This document shows positions 46,373 through 55,455 of a stretch of DNA of 64,000 bases, one piece after another. The first letter of the stretch is position 1. The number at the start of each line of letters is the position of its first letter. Under the pieces are notes generated by a model. The model searched no databases, was not told where the DNA came from, and saw only the letters and a list, made by a program, of their open reading frames with translations. Source of the stretch: Candidatus Campbellbacteria bacterium (GTDB lineage Bacteria; Patescibacteriota; Minisyncoccia; Phycocordibacterales; EsbW-18); the NCBI GenBank assembly GCA_024653945.1, contig JANLIT010000003.1:162936-226935 (forward strand), in the 5' to 3' direction. A program made the position numbers and the translations under genes.

Positions 46373-46459
46373 GGAGAGGTGGCAGAGCGGTCGAATGCAG
46401 CATCCTGCTAAGATGCTGACCGGGAAACTGGTCCGAGGGTTCGAATCCCTCCCTCTCCG
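46373..46459 (+). tRNA. tRNA-Ser(GCT)
   Basis: GGAGAGG...GCATC CT GCT AA GATGC, long variable arm, GAGGGTTCGAATCCCTC CCTCTCC G. Confidence 0.96.
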
Positions 46460-46468
46460 CAGAATCAG

Positions 46469-47290
46469 ATGAAGCTTAGCGTTTTTAAAAAAGCCATTTG
46501 GAAATACTACCAAACGCATGGCCGTATATTGCCGTGGAGAAAAACACACGACCCCTACAAAATACTTGTGTCAGAAATAATGCTCCAACAAACACAAGTG
46601 GACCATGTGATACCGAAATATAGTTTGTTCGTTAAAAAGTTTAATAGTTTCAAGGTTTTAGCGAATGCAAAAACATCTGATGTTATTAAGGCCTGGCAAG
46701 GTTTGGGATACAACCGCCGGGCACTCAATCTGCAACGTGCAGCTCGAGAAATTGTACAAAAACACAACAGTAAACTTCCATCCTCCTACAGTGAGCTAGT
46801 TTCCCTTCCTGGAATTGGTCCATACACCGCAGGTGCTCTTTTGGCATTTGCATACAACAAACCTGTTGTATGTATTGAAACAAACATTAGAAGTGTGTTT
46901 CTCACACACTTCGCTGATTTACGCAGATTGAAACGCAAATCAACGCGGATGATTCACGATAAGGAATTGCTTCCACTGATTGAAAAAACTCTTGACCACA
47001 AAAACCCACGAGAATGGTACTGGGCGCTCATGGATTATGGTTCACACCTCAAAAAAACACTTCCCAACCCAAGTCGCAAGAGCACACACCACACAAAACA
47101 AAAACCTTTCAACAATTCAAACCGACAACTTCGTGGAAACATACTTAAACTAGTGTCTCAAAAAAATGTTTCCGAAAAAACACTTTTCACACGCATACAA
47201 AGAAAACCAATTGAAATACGAAGGGTACTCAAAACGCTTAAGAAAGAAGGGTTCATAAAAAGACAAGGAAAAAATATTTCTCTTGTATAA
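46469..47290 (+). CDS. mutY: MutY-like HhH-GPD DNA glycosylase
   Basis: 'LPWR..DPY..LVSEIMLQQTQV', 'WQGLGYNRRA', 'LPGIGPYTA'. Confidence 0.88.
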   Translation: MKLSVFKKAIWKYYQTHGRILPWRKTHDPYKILVSEIMLQQTQVDHVIPKYSLFVKKFNSFKVLANAKTSDVIKAWQGLGYNRRALNLQRAAREIVQKHNSKLPSSYSELVSLPGIGPYTAGALLAFAYNKPVVCIETNIRSVFLTHFADLRRLKRKSTRMIHDKELLPLIEKTLDHKNPREWYWALMDYGSHLKKTLPNPSRKSTHHTKQKPFNNSNRQLRGNILKLVSQKNVSEKTLFTRIQRKPIEIRRVLKTLKKEGFIKRQGKNISLV

Positions 47291-47340
47291 GAAAAGTCCG
47301 TGTTCCGGGAGTTTGAACCCCAGAACACGGACTTGAGCAG

Positions 47341-48150
47341 TTAGAACCTTGTGAACAGTCCGGTGGCGATTTCGCCAGTGCGATCGTCCCAGTCGGGAAG
47401 GTTGATGCCTCGGGAGTAATTCACTCCCACGCCAACCGATAACGAGCCGACCTCACGTGCGATTTCGGTGGACGCTCTCCAGACGAGCCCTTCTCCGGCG
47501 CCAAACGCACCGGTGTCGTGCAGAACTTCGAGACTCGATGTCGAGGACCACTTTCCGAAGGTCTTTCCGACCTCCGCACCGAGGTGAGTGTTCCACCCGG
47601 CCAGAGGTTCGATGCCCTGAAGCGGCCAGTAGTAGTCAATCTTGAGATATCCCTTGATCGACCACCCCCGTTCCTTGTAACTCGATGTGAAGAGGTCAAC
47701 ATAGACCCAGCCCACATCCGAAGGTGAGAGGTGCGACACCAAGAGGTAGGCAACTCCGAAATCAATGAAATCGTTCGGCGCACAGCCGACCGTGATGTCG
47801 ACTTCGTCGCCATACGAGTTCAACCAGCGCCCCCTGGCACGAGACCACCAAAGGTCTCCGTAGCACCCACTTCTGAAGAGAAGTGTCATGTTGCCTTGTA
47901 GCACTGGCTTGTCATGGAACACTCCTCCGGTCGAGCCGAGGTACTTGCTCCACAGCTCGATGCCACCACTGAAGGTGACGGCCGATTCCTGCTCGATTTC
48001 CTGGCTGTGCGCCGCGCACGAACCGAAGATCACGGCGAGAAGGATGGTGACGACCGCCAGAATGAAACCCACCAAGAACGAACGCGAACGAGCCTTCCGA
48101 CTGTCGTTCAATTGCGAACCGAGTCGTTGCTCTTCCTGTTTGTTTCGCAT
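47341..48150 (-). CDS. GC-rich exported beta-rich protein, outer-membrane beta-barrel-like
   Basis: Signal peptide/TM, alternating aromatic beta-strands, terminal Phe; GGAGG Shine-Dalgarno; own promoter and terminator (47294-47333). Confidence 0.7.
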   Translation of the reverse strand: MRNKQEEQRLGSQLNDSRKARSRSFLVGFILAVVTILLAVIFGSCAAHSQEIEQESAVTFSGGIELWSKYLGSTGGVFHDKPVLQGNMTLLFRSGCYGDLWWSRARGRWLNSYGDEVDITVGCAPNDFIDFGVAYLLVSHLSPSDVGWVYVDLFTSSYKERGWSIKGYLKIDYYWPLQGIEPLAGWNTHLGAEVGKTFGKWSSTSSLEVLHDTGAFGAGEGLVWRASTEIAREVGSLSVGVGVNYSRGINLPDWDDRTGEIATGLFTRF

Positions 48151-48206
48151 CCCTGCCTCCTTTAAAAATCGTCGACTGAAATGTCGAAGATCAATTTCCA
48201 GTATCT

Positions 48207-48234
48207 ATTATAGCAAGAATAACGTATTTGTCAA
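48207..48234 (-). promoter_or_regulatory. Consensus sigma70 promoter
   Basis: TTGACA-16 bp-TATAAT with an extended TG. Confidence 0.8.
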
Positions 48235-48307
48235 CCCAGTGTGTTGTCATCAAGGTTAAACCTCGATACCCCCACCGGGTCAATGCTTTACCGGAAAACA
48301 CGGGACC

Positions 48308-48898
48308 CTACAGATGACTTGCTTCAAGCGCTCGATTGATTTCAACAAGTGCTTTTCGGTGTGTGGGTGCAAAAGATGAAATGTGTTCAAGAGAGAAATG
48401 ATACGGTCGAGATAGGTGTTCTGTATAAGCAGAGTCACCTTGTACATAACCCAGCTCATGCAAAATACGCAACACAAGAAGAACTTCAAACGAAGCGAGG
48501 TTGTCTTGTGTGACATCGGGACCAGCGAGGGCTGAAAGTCCATTCCACACTAAATCAAACACAACACTTCCCTGCTCTTCATCAACAACCAATCGTCGAA
48601 CTAGTTGTAAAATGCGTACTGCAAGCATTCTTTTTTGTCTATCTTCGTGTGAGAAAAAAACTGACGAGAGCGGGGTTACATTGGTAATACGCCACCCATC
48701 ACGCGAACGCACGAGTGACACATCAGAAACAGAAGAAAATTGTAAACCATACCGATGGCGTGAACGAACTTCGCGGGATGATTGACACCGTGCAAGTACC
48801 ACTCCCATATCAGATGTAAACAATCGGTACGTGCGACTCGCCTCACCAACATTGTATGCGCCGAGAACGATTGCTTTTGTGTGGTGCTTGGAATACAT
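48308..48898 (-). CDS. recO: DNA repair protein RecO (short form)
   Basis: 'T.AIVL.....GEA.R...LFT...G' OB-fold start, 'L..LGY'. Confidence 0.8.
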   Translation of the reverse strand: MYSKHHTKAIVLGAYNVGEASRTYRLFTSDMGVVLARCQSSREVRSRHRYGLQFSSVSDVSLVRSRDGWRITNVTPLSSVFFSHEDRQKRMLAVRILQLVRRLVVDEEQGSVVFDLVWNGLSALAGPDVTQDNLASFEVLLVLRILHELGYVQGDSAYTEHLSRPYHFSLEHISSFAPTHRKALVEINRALEASHL

Positions 48899-48903
48899 AA
48901 AAC

Positions 48904-49027
48904 TAAATTCGAAATACGAATACCGAAATACGAAACAACACTGGGTATCCTCTATTGAAAGTTTTAAACATTAGAACATTCTTATTTTGTGCTTGTTTCG
49001 GATTTCGTGCTTAACTATTCGTGCTTA
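48904..49027. repeat. 124-bp dispersed element built from inverted heptamer arrays, copy B (ileS-recO spacer)
   Basis: Colinear with 20316-20439. Confidence 0.9.
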
Positions 49028-52000
49028 ATGTATACTGAAAATATACAACTCTGCACCTATGTCCCCAACGGATGCCGTGAGATCTTTGAGATTGGTGGAT
49101 TTTATGAGTGCTTCTTTGTGTTCTTCAATAAGTTTTTTGCCTTCTTCATTTGTCACAACAGAAAGTGTTGGTGTGTCAGACGCGGTCAAACCTGATGTCT
49201 TTCTAAAGTCCTGAATAGCACGCATCAAATCACGCACATCACCTTCTTTTTTCAACTCGGGCGTTACCGCCGTATCAAGTTCAACATCCCAGCCCGTATC
49301 TTCTTTAAACAATACCTCTTTTACGTTTACTTCGTCGGAAATCAAAGCAACCAGTTCTGGAAATTTCTGCAGTGTGAGATTTCCTCCACGAAGCGAAAGT
49401 GATGCGAGTGGCTGACGAACCTTAATTCCCGCAGACATGCGAGCTTCAAGTGCCCGTGAAGCAACATCCCGTATCTTTTGCATGCCCGTAATAATCTTTT
49501 CTGGTTTGTTTTTTACTGTTTTGGTATACGAAGGCCACTCCTCTAGGTGCACACTTTCCAATTCACCCCCCGCTGAGCTGTACATTTCCTCAGCAAAAAA
49601 TGGAGTGAACGGCGCCATTGCTGTGGCAAGTGTTTTGAGCACGTGTCTCGTTGTTCCCAACGCATGTGCTTTATCCTCTGCATCATCTGATTTAAATCTA
49701 TCTCGTGACCGACGAATATACCACGTAGAGAAATCTTGAATAAAATCTTTAATTGCCCGCGTGGGCTCAAATGTGTGGTAGGTGTTGAGACCTTCCGTTA
49801 CTTCCGTGAGTAGTTCATCGAGTCGGCTCAAAATCCACACATCAAGTACATGCTTTGATATTTGATATTTGATATTTGATATTGGTGTCTCTTCTTTATA
49901 CATCTCATAAAACTTCACCACGTTGCGCGCAATCATAAATACCTTCTTGGATACTTCGTCCACCGTCTTTTCATCAAAGTTTTTTGTATCACCCGGCTGA
50001 TTAACGGAGTACATCCAAAAACGAATAACATCCACGCCATGTTTTGCCATCGCCTCCCATGGATTAATGACGTTCCCAATTGATTTACTCATCTTCTTAC
50101 CTTGAGCATCCAAAATGTGCCCAAGACAAATGACGTTCTCAAACGCTCGTCCCTTCCCCATGAGCACACCGACGGCGTGCAGTGTATAAAACCATCCGCG
50201 TGTTTGATCAATTGCTTCAGAAATGTACTGCGCAGGATAGCCTTTTCCATCAACCCACTTCTCGTTTTCAAACGGGTAGTGATCTTGTGCAAATGGCATT
50301 GAGCCAGAATCAAACCACACATCCATTACTTCTGGTGTGCGTTTCATCTCAAATTCGCACTTTGGACATACAACGGGCACTTCATCAATGTATGGTTTGT
50401 GTAAATCAATATCGTACGAAGCGTTGTGTGGAAGCGGCACAAAAGCAACGGGTACTGCACAAGCGAGTTCCGGATCGGGCGACGTCAGTAAATGCTCGGC
50501 CCGTTTGTCGTCGGCGCCTTCCAAAATCGCCGAAATGGTAGGAAACGCAACGCCGTGCGTTACCACGATGACGTGTGTGTGTTCATGTTGAGAATCAATG
50601 TCATACAAAAACTCTGAAAAACGACGACGTACATCCAAATAACTCTCCCCGTTTGGAAGTTTATCACCATACTTCAGTCCGTTGGTTTTTCTATACAAAT
50701 AAACGTCGTGGTGTGGTTTTGTATTGAAATCACCATACTTAAGCTCTTGTATCCGTTCGTCAACAACAACCGCATCTGCCACAAGGCCGAGTTCTTGTGC
50801 AATGATGTCGGCGGTCTCCCGTGTACGCACGAAAGGCGACGTGTAGATTTTTGTTACACCCTCTTTCTTTATTTTTCTGCTCACGTGCATGACCTGCTCC
50901 TTTCCTTTTTCGGTCAAATGGTCTGGAGCATTCGGGTCTGCACTCGCGATATCCAAAATATTATTGTTGGCCTCTCCGTGCCGAACAAAGGTAAACGTAT
51001 TTCCGCGTGATTTCGTTATTTTTTTGAGGTGCTCAATAGACCCAACCACCTCTGTGTGGTGGCAGTGTTCGCAGTTCCAGACAGGAAGTGGTGTGCCCCA
51101 GTAGCGGTCGCGAGAAAATGCCCAATCCTTCACTTCGCGTAGCCATTCTCCAAAACGTCCTTCTTTAATGTGTTCTGGTACCCAGTTAATTTTTTTGTTC
51201 TCCTTCACCAAATCATCCCTCAATTCCGACATGCGGATGTACCACGAATCACGGGCGTAATAAATCAGCGCCGTGTGGCAACGCCAGCAATGTGGGTATG
51301 GATGTTCAAATTTCTCTCTCTTAAAAAGAAGACTACTGGGCTTGCGCGCTAAAAGGTCTTTAATGACCTCAACGGCCGTGGACTCATCACGTACAAACAA
51401 ACCTTCGTATAATCCCGTACCCTTCACAAGGTGCCCTGTCTCATCAACGAGATGCCACTTTGGCAAACTAACTTTGTTACCCAATTCAAAGTCCTCCTGT
51501 CCGTACATAACCGCTGTGTGCACAATGCCCGTACCGTCTGTCGTCGTCACAAAATCTGCTGGATACACCTTATATGCATTTCCTATTTTTTCTTTTTCTG
51601 GACCAGAAATAAGGTTTTCAAGAAATGGGAAGAGTGGTTCGTAGGAGAGACCAACCAAATCTTTGCCCTTTAGTGGAGTACTCAGACCATCTTCAATATA
51701 TGGCATCCTTGTATCCTTACCCCCATATTTGAAATCACTTCCAATAGGATCAAATAGTGGGTGTTTATTATCTTCTACCGCCTTGTCAAAAATTTCTTTA
51801 GAAAGAATTAAAAACTCTCCCCGTAGAAAGATTTTTACATAATCAATGTCCTCTCCAACAGCAAGTCCGACGTTTCCTAAGAGCGTCCACGGTGTTGTTG
51901 TCCATGCGAGAAGATACGTATTTTCTTCTCCGACAACTTTAAACTTCACATACACCGAAATATCCTTCACATCTTCATACCCCTGCGCAAGTTCATGACT

Positions 52001-52570
52001 TGAAAGTGCTGTACCACAACGCGGACACCAGGGGAGGACTTTGTAATCTTTATACAAAAGATTCTGTTTGTGTACATGTGCAACAATACTCCACAATGAT
52101 TCCATGTAACTTGGATAGTACGTAACGTATGCGTCATCTAAATCAACCCAGTACCCCATACGCTGTGTAAACAAACTCCACTCGTCAATATATTTCCAGA
52201 CACTTTCTTTACACTTTTCATTAAACTGTGCGATGCCGTATTCCTCAATTTGTTTCTTTAGTGTAAAACCGAGTTGTTTTTCAACTTCAATTTCAACAGG
52301 AAGGCCGTGGGTGTCCCAACCCGCTTTTCGACGCACGTGAAAGCCGCGCATCGTTTTGTACCGAGGAATAACGTCTTTAAATGCCCGCGAAATAAGATGG
52401 TGAATTCCAGGACGGCCATTTGCCGTTGGTGGGCCTTCATAAAACACGAACTCTCCCTCTGGAGATTCTTTTGCAAGCGTTTTTTGGAAAATACCCTTTT
52501 CCTGCCAGTGTTGTAGTATTTCCTCCTCCTTTTTCGCCACATCACTTTTTTCGTACTCTTCATGTGCCAT
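49025..52570 (-). CDS. ileS: Isoleucine--tRNA ligase (type 2) with an inserted histidine-phosphatase domain
   Basis: GPPTANG-GIHH, GWDTHGLPVE, WTTTPWTL, DQTRGWFY, KMSKS; internal RHGE...SPFVR...THG domain. Confidence 0.96.
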   Translation of the reverse strand: MAHEEYEKSDVAKKEEEILQHWQEKGIFQKTLAKESPEGEFVFYEGPPTANGRPGIHHLISRAFKDVIPRYKTMRGFHVRRKAGWDTHGLPVEIEVEKQLGFTLKKQIEEYGIAQFNEKCKESVWKYIDEWSLFTQRMGYWVDLDDAYVTYYPSYMESLWSIVAHVHKQNLLYKDYKVLPWCPRCGTALSSHELAQGYEDVKDISVYVKFKVVGEENTYLLAWTTTPWTLLGNVGLAVGEDIDYVKIFLRGEFLILSKEIFDKAVEDNKHPLFDPIGSDFKYGGKDTRMPYIEDGLSTPLKGKDLVGLSYEPLFPFLENLISGPEKEKIGNAYKVYPADFVTTTDGTGIVHTAVMYGQEDFELGNKVSLPKWHLVDETGHLVKGTGLYEGLFVRDESTAVEVIKDLLARKPSSLLFKREKFEHPYPHCWRCHTALIYYARDSWYIRMSELRDDLVKENKKINWVPEHIKEGRFGEWLREVKDWAFSRDRYWGTPLPVWNCEHCHHTEVVGSIEHLKKITKSRGNTFTFVRHGEANNNILDIASADPNAPDHLTEKGKEQVMHVSRKIKKEGVTKIYTSPFVRTRETADIIAQELGLVADAVVVDERIQELKYGDFNTKPHHDVYLYRKTNGLKYGDKLPNGESYLDVRRRFSEFLYDIDSQHEHTHVIVVTHGVAFPTISAILEGADDKRAEHLLTSPDPELACAVPVAFVPLPHNASYDIDLHKPYIDEVPVVCPKCEFEMKRTPEVMDVWFDSGSMPFAQDHYPFENEKWVDGKGYPAQYISEAIDQTRGWFYTLHAVGVLMGKGRAFENVICLGHILDAQGKKMSKSIGNVINPWEAMAKHGVDVIRFWMYSVNQPGDTKNFDEKTVDEVSKKVFMIARNVVKFYEMYKEETPISNIKYQISKHVLDVWILSRLDELLTEVTEGLNTYHTFEPTRAIKDFIQDFSTWYIRRSRDRFKSDDAEDKAHALGTTRHVLKTLATAMAPFTPFFAEEMYSSAGGELESVHLEEWPSYTKTVKNKPEKIITGMQKIRDVASRALEARMSAGIKVRQPLASLSLRGGNLTLQKFPELVALISDEVNVKEVLFKEDTGWDVELDTAVTPELKKEGDVRDLMRAIQDFRKTSGLTASDTPTLSVVTNEEGKKLIEEHKEALIKSTNLKDLTASVGDIGAELYIFSIH

Positions 52571-52628
52571 AGCAACCATCATAGCAAAGAGAGCGTCTTT
52601 TTAAAACGTATGAGGAGAACCAAAAAAT

Positions 52629-53528
52629 CTAATCCTTCTTTGGAAAATGTTTTGTGTGTACCCCTTTTTTGATTGTTTCAAGAATGCGGTCAACACCCTC
52701 TACAGAAGTTGAGAGCTCTTTAATTACTCCGCGTAATACAGTCTCTTGGTCTGGGGTAATGTTTTCACGAGATGCAATGTCTCCTATTTTTGGCAATACA
52801 TCTGTCAGCGGTAATCTAACGTATTCAGTAAGAAGAGATGCGGTGTTGGCGTGTGAAGTGAGTATTTCTTTTTCTTTTCTGCGAACACGAAGGCCTGTGT
52901 ATACGATGATAAACATGATAAATGTGAGAAGTGCTGGAGTAGCAGTGCCAAATAAGACATGCGTGTAAAACATCCGTGCGTCTATGTATACACCAAGTCC
53001 CGCCACAACCTTTCCATTTTCATCTTTGATTGGTGCAATACCCGCTACCCACGTTCCCCACCGGTCTTCTTTTGGACCCTCAGTAAAAGGCAGACCTGTT
53101 TGAAATAGTTTCTCAAATTGTATTGTTGCCTCTGGATATTTGTCCCCCGGTGGTGAGTAGTCCGGCGAGGCGGGGTCCTCAGAATCTAAATAGATGAAAA
53201 CATTTTCATTTTTATTACCAAAAATATAGACGAACCTCACATCCTCATTAACACTCCGTATTTTTTGTAAACGTGCCTTTAAATTTATATATACTGGACT
53301 GGCAAGGTCACTGGCGTCCCCTTTCAGAGAAAGAATGTCCGAAACGTCAATACTTGCCGCTATCGTCTCTGCACGACTGTACAAAGATATGAATTCTGAA
53401 TACCAATACAACCGGAGCGCGAGAAGGGTTCCAAGAACTCCGACACAAAGAATGGCGACGAGAACGCCACGGTGAATCGCGTGAAGCGAGCTAATCCGTT
53501 TTTTGTTTTGTAATGTATTCATATACAA
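52629..53528 (-). CDS. Membrane sensor protein (two TMs around a Cache-like domain), no catalytic output domain
   Basis: 'VRFVYI', 'DYSPPG', 'DRWGTW...APIKD..G.VV...G'; short helical tail. Confidence 0.7.
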   Translation of the reverse strand: MYMNTLQNKKRISSLHAIHRGVLVAILCVGVLGTLLALRLYWYSEFISLYSRAETIAASIDVSDILSLKGDASDLASPVYINLKARLQKIRSVNEDVRFVYIFGNKNENVFIYLDSEDPASPDYSPPGDKYPEATIQFEKLFQTGLPFTEGPKEDRWGTWVAGIAPIKDENGKVVAGLGVYIDARMFYTHVLFGTATPALLTFIMFIIVYTGLRVRRKEKEILTSHANTASLLTEYVRLPLTDVLPKIGDIASRENITPDQETVLRGVIKELSTSVEGVDRILETIKKGVHTKHFPKKD

Positions 53529-53531
53529 CTA

Positions 53532-54629
53532 TTATGAACCACTTTTTGTTGGTTCTTTATAATTTTCATGGTCGTGTTCGTACACACGGCGAAGTAATAT
53601 CATTTCAAACACGAGAAGTCCGACGACACCAAGAATGAGGAGAATAATCACCATTAAGAGCATCTCTGGAATACCGATACCCCCCACTGTTACCTCAAAC
53701 GCCTGCGTCGGTGGTGTTTCTACACCTTCCACAACCGCTCCAAGCCAAAATTGATACGGAATACCCCGCAGTGATCCACCCAGACCCGAAAGCACCGTTG
53801 CCTGCAAAAGAGGCACGAGATTCTTCGTTGAACCATACCGATATGAAAAGTTGCCCGCCTCATCACTTGCTATAGTGTACTGTTTTGGGTCACCACTTGA
53901 AAGTTTAAGCCAGATATTAACTTTCGCATTTGGATATGTTACTCCTTGTACAAAGAAATCTGCCAGATTTTTCGGACGGTTTGTATATCCCGTAATCACC
54001 GGTGGACGAAGTGAGCTAAGTACTAATGAAGATTGGTCCAGTGGGAGCTCTGTCTTTCCATCGGTGCCACGAACAATGGGAGATGAAATACCTGAAATTT
54101 CATATCGCGCATCAGCGAGCGTTTCCAAAATATTTGTTCCAAATCCGTCATTGGCAAGTGTCAGTCCTGAAGAAAAAGCGATGACCGGCGAACCCGTTCC
54201 TAACACCTCAAAGTACACAGTCAATACTTTTCCACGCCCAGAAAAACCAGGATTTAACACCAATCCTTCAAATGAAATTTCCGACCTCTCCGCAGAAATA
54301 CTTGGCTGTTGTATCCAGAGCGTTACAATTGAATCGTTCTTTTTTACTGATGTGGGTTTTACCACTCCTTCCGGAAACTCTAGTGTCCCTGAAATCGCAT
54401 TTATTGTTTTGCCGTCAGTATCAACAATAACGTCAACGGGGATAATTGACCCAACTGCGTACGTTCCACTGCTTGGGTTAAGAAACAACGACGAAGCACG
54501 CGCCATAGAAACTGGTGTGAGAACACTAAACAGAAGAAATAATATTGGGAGAATACTAATTATTCTCGAATCTTTTTGTCCGAGAGAGCCTTGCATAGCG
54601 ATGATGTTTGCGTCGGATGAAGACCACAA
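53532..54629 (-). CDS. Cohesin-domain surface protein (start uncertain)
   Basis: 'L.PSSG.Y.VG...V.V.VDT.G..INA..G.L.F', 'LANDG.GT'; C-terminal TM. Confidence 0.75.
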   Translation of the reverse strand: MWSSSDANIIAMQGSLGQKDSRIISILPILFLLFSVLTPVSMARASSLFLNPSSGTYAVGSIIPVDVIVDTDGKTINAISGTLEFPEGVVKPTSVKKNDSIVTLWIQQPSISAERSEISFEGLVLNPGFSGRGKVLTVYFEVLGTGSPVIAFSSGLTLANDGFGTNILETLADARYEISGISSPIVRGTDGKTELPLDQSSLVLSSLRPPVITGYTNRPKNLADFFVQGVTYPNAKVNIWLKLSSGDPKQYTIASDEAGNFSYRYGSTKNLVPLLQATVLSGLGGSLRGIPYQFWLGAVVEGVETPPTQAFEVTVGGIGIPEMLLMVIILLILGVVGLLVFEMILLRRVYEHDHENYKEPTKSGS

Positions 54630-55446
54630 TCAATAATAACACTAGTGCTAGAAATACCAGAGTATACAGTGAGCGTTCAAGGGGAGAACGCAGATCCCCG
54701 TCATACCGCACAATAGTGCTATTTCCTGCGTTGTCATACGCCCGCACAAAAATATACTTCGTTTTTGTATCGGAAAGAACAAATGGGCTCTGTGCGAGAG
54801 TCCACAATAACTCGCTCGGTGTATCGTTCTCTGTTTCTTGTACTTCGTAGTAGCTCATACCACTCTGTTCATCGTGTGTTGCAAAAATAACAACCCGTTT
54901 TCCTTCAAACGACGCGTCGTCTTCAACAAGCACGATTGAAAAAGACTCTGGCGGTGTAGTGTCAGGTACAGTCACAGTGATTGGTTCGTTTCCGATACGC
55001 GTAACAATATCAATAGTGTTTTCTTGCACGCGTGCTTTTTGAGCCGTCCCTTCCCCGTCGTGAAGAAATACCGTGAATGTAGGAACACGTAGAGACGCAA
55101 CACCCTCACGAACTCCCGTTACCTCTATTTGGGCGATGATTCCCTTCCCTATAAAACCACCTGGAATAATCCCAGAAAAATGAACAATCCCCTCTTTGAT
55201 TGATGGTGTCTCCGTCCAAAAACTAATAACAGAGTTCGCATCTTGCACACTGTTAATAGTGAGAAATTCTTGAGGTAGTGCGACATCACCCTCAATAGTG
55301 TTTATCTGCTCTCCTTCTGTATCAAGAGAAACGGAGATTAATTGTGTGCCTCCTACAAAAACCGAACCAGTTGACTCAATAGTAACAACTGTTGCCGAAG
55401 CAAGAAGTGGACTGAGAAGAAAAATAAGTGTAAGAAGTGATTTCAT
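54556..55446 (-). CDS. Cohesin-domain surface protein
   Basis: Signal peptide, 'LDT.GE.IN..EG', 'FW.E.P', 'G..PGGF.G', 'DTTPPE.F', 'D..SG..YYEV', 'A.D.AGN'; C-terminal TM. Confidence 0.75.
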   Translation of the reverse strand: MKSLLTLIFLLSPLLASATVVTIESTGSVFVGGTQLISVSLDTEGEQINTIEGDVALPQEFLTINSVQDANSVISFWTETPSIKEGIVHFSGIIPGGFIGKGIIAQIEVTGVREGVASLRVPTFTVFLHDGEGTAQKARVQENTIDIVTRIGNEPITVTVPDTTPPESFSIVLVEDDASFEGKRVVIFATHDEQSGMSYYEVQETENDTPSELLWTLAQSPFVLSDTKTKYIFVRAYDNAGNSTIVRYDGDLRSPLERSLYTLVFLALVLLLIVVFIRRKHHRYARLSRTKRFENN

Positions 55447-55455
55447 ATTATAGGA

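Noticed and set aside
47323-48307. Possible direct repeat (AACACGG.AC) bounding the beta-barrel cassette
   Set aside because: Too short and imperfect to distinguish from chance.
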